64,000 bases of DNA from Acidobacteriota bacterium (GTDB lineage Bacteria; Acidobacteriota; JAQAZP01): positions 47-64,046 of the forward strand of contig JAQAZP010000027.1 in NCBI GenBank assembly GCA_032127265.1, given 5' to 3'. Positions within the stretch are counted from its first letter, which is position 1; each line of letters opens with the position of its first letter. A program made the position numbers and the translations under genes. Positions 20,040 through 26,888 of this stretch are shown here, piece by piece. The notes beneath the pieces are model-generated. The model was not told the DNA's origin, made no database searches, and was given only the letters and a program-made list of their open reading frames with translations.

Positions 20040-21224
20040 TCAGAGCCGGGCGATAACCGCGTCGGTGAGCTGGCCGGTGGTAACGGCGCCCTTGTCAAAA
20101 ACGTCGGGGCCGCCGCGCAGCATCAGCATGTCGTAGGTCAGCGACGTGCCGTCCACCACCACTTCTCCGATGGCGGTGCGAATCCGCTCGGCCTTTTCGG
20201 TTTCGCCGAGGTGGTCGAGCATCATGCCGGCGCTCATGAACATGGCGATGGGATTGACGATGGGCGGGTCGAGCTTCTCGTACTTCGGCGCCGAGCCGTG
20301 GGTCGGCTCGAAGACCGCCACGTCCGCACCGATGTTGGCGCTGCAGGCGAAGCCGAGACCGCCCACCAGGCCGGCGAAGCCGTCGGAGACGATGTCGCCG
20401 AACATGTTGCCGGCCACGATCACGCCGTAGTTCTCGGGGTTCTTGGTCAGCCACATCATCTGGGCGTCGATGTTGGTGTTCCAGATTTCGATGTCGGGAT
20501 AGTCCTTCTGGGTCCGCAGGCCGGTCTCCAGCATCATCCCTGAGGTCTCGCGGATCACGTTGGGCTTCTCGCAGATGGTCACCGACTTGTAGCCGAAGCG
20601 CCTGGCGTATTTGAACGCCTCGCCGACGATCCGTTCGCAGGCCCGGCGGGTGAAGATCCGGGTGGAGACGGCCAGGTCCTCGCGGGGGGTGGCGGCGAAG
20701 TTCTTGAACTTGGGGTGGGTGTTCAGCGCGTCCCACACCTGCTGCGGCGGGTTGGTCCACTCCACGCCGCCGTAAAGGCCTTCGGTGTTCTGGCGGAAGA
20801 TCACCACGTCAACCCCCGGTTCCTCCACGGTGCCGCCGGGGCCGCGGCGGATGAAGTTCAGCGGGTTGCCCTTGACCGAGCGGCAGGGGCGGATGCAGAG
20901 GTCGAGGTTGAAAAGCTGCCGCATGGCGACGATGGGGCTGAAGTAGACGTAGCCCTTGTCCCGCAGCTCGGGCGCCAGTTCCTTGGCGGCCTCGCCCTTG
21001 GGCTTGGAGGTGATGGCGCCGAAGAGGCCCACCTTGTGTTCCCGCAGCAGGTCGATGGTCCGGTCGGGGAGCGGGTTGCCTTCGGTGCACCAGAAATCCC
21101 AGCCGATGTCGGCATGAACGTAGTCGGCATCGAAACCGACTTTTTCAAGGACACGAATCGCGGCGGGCAGGACAACCTTGCCGATGCCGTCACCGGGCAT
21201 GGTTACGATGGTTCTTTTCGACAC
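20040..21224 (-). CDS. Isocitrate/isopropylmalate/homoisocitrate dehydrogenase-family beta-decarboxylating dehydrogenase
   Basis: TMPGDGIGKVV, NTEGLYGG, AGNMFGDIVSD motifs. GTG start at 21224 preceded by AGGAGG with a 7-nt spacer. First gene of the operon that ends with leuCD. Confidence 0.7.
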   Translation of the reverse strand: MSKRTIVTMPGDGIGKVVLPAAIRVLEKVGFDADYVHADIGWDFWCTEGNPLPDRTIDLLREHKVGLFGAITSKPKGEAAKELAPELRDKGYVYFSPIVAMRQLFNLDLCIRPCRSVKGNPLNFIRRGPGGTVEEPGVDVVIFRQNTEGLYGGVEWTNPPQQVWDALNTHPKFKNFAATPREDLAVSTRIFTRRACERIVGEAFKYARRFGYKSVTICEKPNVIRETSGMMLETGLRTQKDYPDIEIWNTNIDAQMMWLTKNPENYGVIVAGNMFGDIVSDGFAGLVGGLGFACSANIGADVAVFEPTHGSAPKYEKLDPPIVNPIAMFMSAGMMLDHLGETEKAERIRTAIGEVVVDGTSLTYDMLMLRGGPDVFDKGAVTTGQLTDAVIARL

Positions 21225-21458
21225 CCTGAAACCTCCTGACGTGTCGGAGCCGGCCGGTCTGTTTTGGCGCCCCGGCTACCGACGGAAATTGGATATTCCT
21301 CAATACAAAAAGTGGTGCTGCCCCAGTCGGACCGCATCACCGGTTTTCCCCTTCTCCGTACGTGCCAAGGGGGCCGGCTCGATACTGCTGGCCGCCCCCC
21401 GCCAAACACCATGAAAACAGGCAGCACCATAGCACGAAGCCCGGCCTTTTTCCACCTC

Positions 21459-21559
21459 AAATTTGGTGACACTCACCTATTTATTCGCCCGCTGTTCGGG
21501 GCTGAACGCCTGCGGGTAATGGGTGACAGCCACCTATTTGGAAACAGGTGGCTGTCACC
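21459..21559. repeat. Intergenic repeat family, core GGTGACAGCCACCT(A/G)TTT: one half-copy plus one full inverted pair (14-bp perfect stem)
   Basis: ggtgacactcacctattta at 21466; ggtgacagccacctatttgg-aaac-aggtggctgtcacc at 21521-21559, overlapping the ASST stop codon. The same core recurs at 37474-37550. Confidence 0.4.
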
Positions 21560-22859
21560 TCTTCTCAGCGTTGATCCAGTCACCGAGGGTTGCGGGATCG
21601 ATCCGCTGCACCTCGAGCAGGGTGGCGACGAGCGACGGGTCGGCGGCGGCCCGGGTGGGGTTGTAGAACTCCCAGACCATTTCCCCCTCGGGGGTGACTT
21701 CAAAGGCCCGGCCGTTCACCGAATCGGTGATCAGGGTGTTGCCGTTGGCCAGCCGCGAGTTCGAGCCGAGCACCGGGGAGTCGAAGCCGTTCTCTTCGTT
21801 GCCTTCGTAGGACCAGTGGACCGTCCCGGTGAAGGGGTCAAATTCCACTACTTTCGACCCGCCCGGATGGCCGCAGTTGTCGAAGAGCAGCATCCGGCCA
21901 TTGTCCAGCAGGGTGGGCTGGTGCTGCTCTCGCCAGTCACCGGTTTTGGCCCAGACCACCTGCCCCAGGTCGAGGTCGACGATGGCGATGGCATCGAGGT
22001 TGCGCATGGAGACCAGCACGTTGCCCTTGCCAAAGAGCGGGGAGCGGTGGGCCTGGGAGCCGTCAAAGACCTCGATGGTGTTGGTGTGCAGCAGGTGGCC
22101 GGAGCGGGGCATCGGCTCAAGATAGGTGCTGAACGGGGAGTTCTCGAAGGCCACCAGCAGCGATTGCCGGCGCAGTTCCTTGCCTCCGGCGTCGAAGACG
22201 GTGATGAAGTCTTCCCGCACCTGCTCTTGCGGGCTGATTCTGCGCAGAATCCCCTTGCGCCAGGTGAGGGCATAGATCAACCCTTCTGCAGTGACGAAGA
22301 GATCGTGGTGCGCCGGACAGGGCACGGCCCAGAGCAGTTCCGAGTCCCGGTCCACCTTGAGCAGTCCGTATCCGGTGACCACCGCCAGCAGGTCTCCGTT
22401 GGGGAACAGGTGCACCCGCCGCCAGAAGAGCGGTTTTTCATCCTTGACCGGTTTGCGGGCGTCGGCCCCCAGCGGCACCTCGTTGAAATCGTAGGCCCAG
22501 CGATGGAGGATTCGCCCCTCCATGTCGGTGAGGAAGGCCGACTGGCCGTGGCCGCCGTTGCAGAGGTTCAGCCCGGGAAGCGCCTTTTCCGGCAGGTGGA
22601 GGGTGACGTTTTCTTTCCCCGTGGCGGGCTTGTACCCGGTGAGGTAGCCCAGGGCGGCCAGCTGCCGGTTCCGCTCGTCCCGCTGTTCATCGGCCGGATG
22701 GATTCCGGCCGATGGGATCGCCCCGGCCTGCTCCGAAACCGGGTCTGCTGTTTCGCCTTTCGGCACGGCTTCCCCGCTGCGGCAGGACCCGCACAGGACC
22801 GACGCTGCCAGAATGGCGAAAAGCAGTACGTCGCGGATCGGGGATGCCGTCGGAGTCAT
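21555..22859 (-). CDS. Aryl-sulfotransferase (ASST)-like beta-propeller lipoprotein
   Basis: Signal peptide plus lipobox (LAASVLCGSC). Propeller-like repeated blocks. GAGGA RBS 6 nt before the ATG. The antisense ORF 21264..22916 is judged spurious. Confidence 0.55.
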   Translation of the reverse strand: MTPTASPIRDVLLFAILAASVLCGSCRSGEAVPKGETADPVSEQAGAIPSAGIHPADEQRDERNRQLAALGYLTGYKPATGKENVTLHLPEKALPGLNLCNGGHGQSAFLTDMEGRILHRWAYDFNEVPLGADARKPVKDEKPLFWRRVHLFPNGDLLAVVTGYGLLKVDRDSELLWAVPCPAHHDLFVTAEGLIYALTWRKGILRRISPQEQVREDFITVFDAGGKELRRQSLLVAFENSPFSTYLEPMPRSGHLLHTNTIEVFDGSQAHRSPLFGKGNVLVSMRNLDAIAIVDLDLGQVVWAKTGDWREQHQPTLLDNGRMLLFDNCGHPGGSKVVEFDPFTGTVHWSYEGNEENGFDSPVLGSNSRLANGNTLITDSVNGRAFEVTPEGEMVWEFYNPTRAAADPSLVATLLEVQRIDPATLGDWINAEKR

Positions 22860-23016
22860 GGGGTGTCCTCGTCTTGCCCGGCTGGTTCAAATCAGGCGAA
22901 TGTCCATAGAATCTAGTGTGTTCCCCCGGTGGTTGCAAGGGGGGGGGTACACGGTGGTGGAGATCGCCCCGGGGAGCACCGTAACCCACGGCGCGGGCGT
23001 GATCTTCAACCGCTCT
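22860..23016 (-). ncRNA. Candidate TnpB-associated guide RNA (omega-RNA/reRNA) scaffold region at the IS right end
   Basis: Non-coding stretch immediately 3' of the tnpB stop containing a palindromic TGTATACA direct repeat and a C5/G9 hairpin. The position is the expected location for the omega-RNA by family knowledge; boundaries not determinable by eye. Confidence 0.25.
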
Positions 23017-24222
23017 CTAAAATGTATACAAATCTGTATACGGTATAGTTCCTGCTTCACCGAGGCCGGTTTCACACAGGGTTGCCCCCGAGCCAGAGCC
23101 TTCCTCTCCACAGGCTTCAAATCCGGTGGAGCTCACCGTACTGAAACTGAAAAGGTTGATCGCGGCGTTGAGATCACGATCCATAGTGCGTCCGCAGTGG
23201 CTGCAGACGAAGTCACGATCACTCAAGGTCAGATCGTCATTGACCACGCAACACCAGGAGCATCGTTTGGATGACGGGAACCAGCGGTAGGCCGGCTCAA
23301 CGTGATTGCCACGCATCTGTGCCTTGTACTGCAGCTGCCGCCGGAACTCGTGAAAGCCCATGTCGGATATCGACCGGGCCAAACGGCGGTTGCCCATCAT
23401 TCCTTTGACATTCAGGTCTTCGATGGCAATGGACTTGTAGTTGGCCGTCAGGAATGATGTGAGCTTGTGCAGTGCGTCCTGCCGAACGCAGGCAATGCGG
23501 TAGTGCAGCCTCGCGACCTTGGTGCGGGCTTTCCACCGGTTGCGTGATCCCTTCTCTTTGCGCGACAGCTGCCACTGGAGCCGGCACAGTTTTCTGAGCA
23601 GCTTGCCCAGCGGTTTTGGCCCTTCAACCTCGGTCATACCCTTGCCGTCGAACAGGGTGGCCAGCTTCCTGATGCCAAGGTCGACCCCGACCCCTGCTTG
23701 GCTTTCGCAGGGGGGCGGTGGTTGACCCAGTTCCACGTTCAGACTGACAAACCACTTGTCCGCTATCCGGGAAACAGTGGCCGATACAACTCTGCCGGTG
23801 AAGCGCAGCGCTTCCCGCATCCGCACCCAGCCCAGCCGGGGGATCCGGATCTTTTTTCCTTCCAAACGGAAATGGTCGTTTCCGATGTAAAAGCTGTCGT
23901 GCACTCCTTTCTTCTTGAACTTGGGATAACCGGCCTGCTTGCTGAAAAAGCGCCGGAAGGCGCTTTGCAGAAAAATGAACGGCTGCTGGCTGGCATACTT
24001 GGTGACTTCGTAGGTCCAGGGAAACTCCACCGGCTTGATGGCGTTGAACTGTTTCTTCAACTTCAGGCCGCTGGGCTTCTTACCAGATGTAAACTGCCGT
24101 TTCCACTCCGACAACCCCCAGTTCCAGGTGAAACGGGCCACACCGCAGGCCTGACGGAAGTACTTCTCCTGCTTATACGTCGGATCAAGACGGATCTTGT
24201 GGGTCAGGGTGATTGCGGTCAC
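23017..24222 (-). CDS. tnpB: TnpB (OrfB) RNA-guided endonuclease-type transposon protein, RuvC-like domain plus Zn finger
   Basis: 401 aa with the characteristic OrfB_IS605 architecture and a C-terminal CxxC...CxxC (CSWCCVVND...CSHCGRTMDRDLNAAINL). Confidence 0.8.
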   Translation of the reverse strand: MTAITLTHKIRLDPTYKQEKYFRQACGVARFTWNWGLSEWKRQFTSGKKPSGLKLKKQFNAIKPVEFPWTYEVTKYASQQPFIFLQSAFRRFFSKQAGYPKFKKKGVHDSFYIGNDHFRLEGKKIRIPRLGWVRMREALRFTGRVVSATVSRIADKWFVSLNVELGQPPPPCESQAGVGVDLGIRKLATLFDGKGMTEVEGPKPLGKLLRKLCRLQWQLSRKEKGSRNRWKARTKVARLHYRIACVRQDALHKLTSFLTANYKSIAIEDLNVKGMMGNRRLARSISDMGFHEFRRQLQYKAQMRGNHVEPAYRWFPSSKRCSWCCVVNDDLTLSDRDFVCSHCGRTMDRDLNAAINLFSFSTVSSTGFEACGEEGSGSGATLCETGLGEAGTIPYTDLYTF

Positions 24223-24225
24223 GAT

Positions 24226-24831
24226 TCATTCCGCCAGCACTCTGGCGGCCTCAACCAGCTTCCTGTTCTTTTGACTGCGCGAGCCATACAGCCGGGCTGA
24301 AAAGACGGTGATGATCTCCAGCACGTCCTGGGCCAGTTCCTCCTCGAAGGAGACCTCCTCCCCCTGGTTGATGATCACCACCTCCACCTGACGTGCTTCA
24401 CACAATGTGAATACAAGTTCCGCGCCAAAACGGAGCAGCCGGTCCTTGTGGGTCAGCACCAGCCGGCTGATCCCGCGGTCGAGGATCAGGTCCAGCAGCC
24501 GCTTCAATCCCCGTTTGCGGTAGTTCATCCCCGAGCCGAGATCCTGAATCACCTCGAAGGTCCAGCCCCTGGCCGAACAATACGCTTCGAGCCTTTGGGC
24601 CTGGCGTTTCAGGTCGTCTTTTTGATCGTGACTGGAAACCCTGGCGTAGGCGATGGTGAGATCAGCTTCGGTGTTCCGGCGGCCAAGCAGGCGATCACGG
24701 TGATAATACCTGGTGCCACCCTCACTCTTCCTATCCGGCGGCAACTCACCGTTACGCTCCCATTTACGAAGCGTCTGCACCGATACACCGAGCAGCCTTG
24801 CCGCCTCACCGATCTTGATCAATCGTGACAT
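24226..24831 (-). CDS. tnpA: IS607-family serine recombinase transposase (MerR-like HTH plus resolvase catalytic domain)
   Basis: N-terminal HTH (IKIGEAARLLGVSVQTLRKWERNGEL). Resolvase core with the YARVSSHDQ catalytic serine motif. Confidence 0.8.
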   Translation of the reverse strand: MSRLIKIGEAARLLGVSVQTLRKWERNGELPPDRKSEGGTRYYHRDRLLGRRNTEADLTIAYARVSSHDQKDDLKRQAQRLEAYCSARGWTFEVIQDLGSGMNYRKRGLKRLLDLILDRGISRLVLTHKDRLLRFGAELVFTLCEARQVEVVIINQGEEVSFEEELAQDVLEIITVFSARLYGSRSQKNRKLVEAARVLAE

Positions 24832-25019
24832 AATACAAGATAGTATAAGATAATATAAGATTAATCAACACTGTTGTGAGCCCTATCCGCCGGCCGGCAG
24901 TAGCGATACGTCCAACTTCACGCTCACCACTTTTGCACCTTAGAACGCGGTAGCCCCGGAGGATTCGGCACGATCAGCCGCATCCGCCGGCGGCGGTAGG
25001 CCAGGCCGTTCAAACGGGC

Positions 25020-25456
25020 TTACGGCACCGCCTCCAGCAGGCAGCGTGCATACTCACTGGCGCAGAGCTTGCCGTGACGCAGGGCCCATCGGTCACAGGC
25101 ATGCTCGCGGGCCAGGTCGATGTGACGGTTGACCCACGCCACCACCGGCCAGAAGAAAAGAACGGTTCCAGCGATCCACTGCAGGCAGCGCAGCCAGGGA
25201 TCCCCTCTCCGGAGATGGGTCACCTCGTGCACCACCACCGTCTCCAGTTCGTCCGGCCGAACGGTCTGGTCAGCCCGACGATAAAGGGCGACTGGAACTT
25301 GCTGCTGATGCGGACCATCGGAACACGACGCACACCGAAACGCCGGCAGATGTCGCTGACCAGTGCCCTGGTCTTGAGGTCAGCCGGCGGGAGTGCTCGA
25401 CAGTAGGTGAGCAGTGCCCGGTGCCGGCGGCCCCTCCAGAGGAGCAGCACCGACAC
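25020..25456 (-). pseudogene. M56 (BlaR1/MecR1-type) peptidase-domain gene, frameshifted and truncated
   Basis: Two overlapping frames: 25220..25456 (contains SPFIVGLTRPF) and 25020..25238 (contains the HExxH-type VVHEVTHLRRGD and the downstream CDRWAL motif). Only about 150 aa in total, lacking the N-terminal TM helices and any sensor domain. Confidence 0.5.
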
Positions 25457-25470
25457 CCAGGCGAGGTAGG

Positions 25471-25893
25471 TCAGGGCCGGCAGGGTGAGCCAGGAAAATC
25501 CGCCGACTCCCGAGCCGCCCGTTTCTGGATCTTGTCCTCGATCCGCCGCAGGTCCTCGGCCGAAAGGTCGCTCTCCTCCACCAGGTGCAGCATCAGGTCT
25601 TCGGCCTGGCCGTCGAAGACGGTCTGGACAAAGCTGGCCAGCCGCTGGCGCAGCACCTGCTCCCGCCGCACCCCGGGGGTGTAGACAAAGGGCTGCCGGC
25701 CGCGGTCCACCTCGAGGGCCCCCTTCTCCCCCAGGTGCTTCATCATCGTCATCACCGTGGTGTAGGCCGGTTTGGCAGAGGCGTCGGGCATGGCGTCGAT
25801 TACCTGCTGCACCGTCCCCGAGCCAAGGTTCCAGATCACTTTCATCACCTCCAGCTCGGCCGGTGTGATGTGCGGTGTGGTTTTTCGGGCCAT
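25471..25893 (-). CDS. BlaI/MecI/CopY-family winged-helix transcriptional repressor
   Basis: Penicillinase-repressor family pattern (ITPAELEVMKVIWNLGSGTVQQVIDAM...YTTVMTMMKHLGEKG). Start at MARK (25893) with a GGAGG RBS. Confidence 0.75.
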   Translation of the reverse strand: MARKTTPHITPAELEVMKVIWNLGSGTVQQVIDAMPDASAKPAYTTVMTMMKHLGEKGALEVDRGRQPFVYTPGVRREQVLRQRLASFVQTVFDGQAEDLMLHLVEESDLSAEDLRRIEDKIQKRAARESADFPGSPCRP

Positions 25894-25956
25894 CTTCCCC
25901 TCCATCGTTACTAGTATGCTAAAAGTATTACTATGTGTATAGTAACTTGTCAAGCG
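25894..25956 (-). promoter_or_regulatory. Autoregulatory promoter/operator of the blaI-like gene
   Basis: Minus strand: TTGACA, then 17 nt, then TAATAC. The 17-nt spacer carries the palindrome TTACTAT-ACAC-ATAGTAA. A second palindrome TACTAGTA lies between the -10 and the RBS. Confidence 0.45.
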
Positions 25957-26200
25957 ATATTTTCCCGGAGCGTTGACGCGCCGCAGTGGTGCAAACGCTG
26001 AAACTCTCGGAAGGTTCATTTATTGAACGGGATAGGGTGATTCCCGGGGGCCGGTTGCACGGCGTAATGCGGCCGCGCATTTTCATGGACAATGCCTCTA
26101 CCCGGTTGGTTGTGCTGAATTTCTCCACCGCGACCAAAAGAGATTTTGATAGTGTTCATCTTCGTGAAATTGCTCTTTTCACAAATATGAGGTTCTACCG

Positions 26201-26672
26201 ATGATGAAAGCGCTGTTCTGTGTCGCTCTCGTATCCTTGGTTCTTTTGACATGCGGTCCGGCTCATGGCGAACCATTCAACGGCTATACCCTGTTCGCGC
26301 CGATGCAGTCCACCCTCACCTATTTGATCGATATGGATGGCCAGGTGGTGCATACGTGAGCCCCAGCACCATGACGTGGCCGTGCTGCCAAACGGCAACA
26401 TCCTGATGATTGCCTCCAAATACAAAACCCTGGCGCTGGCCGGCGGCGGGTTCTATTCCAACTGGCGTGCCGGGTTTACCAATGTGGCCGCGGGGGATAG
26501 GTACATCAGCTTCTGGAACCAGAGCATCCCCGCACTGGGCACACTGGTGGGCGACAACATCTTCACCCTGGTCTGCGAGGATGTGACACCCGCGCCATAC
26601 AACCAGCCGCCCTATCCCCCGGCCGGAGACGCGGCCACGGCCACCTGTGCCGTGACGGGGATCGCACCTTGA
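26201..26672 (+). pseudogene. Decayed aryl-sulfotransferase-like lipoprotein gene fragment (frameshifted and truncated paralogue of 21555..22859)
   Basis: Intact RBS plus signal peptide with lipobox (MMKALFCVALVSLVLLTCG) and an ASST-like N-terminus (GYTLFAPMQSTLTYLIDMDGQVVHT) ending in a stop. The ASST-like sequence continues in another frame (HHDVAVLPNGNILMIA) and ends after about 110 aa. Confidence 0.4.
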
Positions 26673-26888
26673 TGAGATGAGCGAAAAGGGGGAGGACCGG
26701 AAGGCCAATGCTCATCCTGTGAGGTTGTGCCGCTTCCTCTCTCCAGGCACCAGCGTCCTGGCCCCGCGGATTCAATCACCGTGCCGCTGTCGGCAATCCG
26801 TTGACAAGGGCCGGTGGATCAATCACCATCCTTTTGTCTTACAGATAATAGCCTGGGGGCCGTCCCCGTTGATGGAGGAATTATATAG

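Larger units (their letters stand above)
22860..24905 (-). mobile_element. IS607-family insertion sequence (tnpA serine recombinase plus tnpB); ends approximate
   Basis: MerR-HTH plus resolvase-domain TnpA immediately upstream of a 401-aa TnpB. AT-rich left flank (taatacaagatagtataagataatataag) upstream of tnpA. Lower-GC non-coding right flank between tnpB and the ASST start. No terminal inverted repeats are expected for this family. Confidence 0.6.

Noticed and set aside
18102-20543. 813-aa plus-strand ORF across the fused dehydratase and dehydrogenase genes
   Set aside because: Antisense to two strongly supported aconitase-family and dehydrogenase genes. No domain content.
21225-21460. Leucine-type leader-peptide attenuator upstream of the dehydrogenase/leu-like operon
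   Set aside because: The only short upstream ORF has no Leu (or other branched-chain) codon run, and no convincing terminator/antiterminator pair was found.
21264-22916. 550-aa plus-strand ORF overlapping the ASST-like gene
   Set aside because: The opposite-strand ORF has a signal peptide, lipobox, RBS and recognisable ASST-like propeller blocks. The plus ORF has low-complexity Gly/Arg/Pro-rich composition typical of GC-rich shadow frames.
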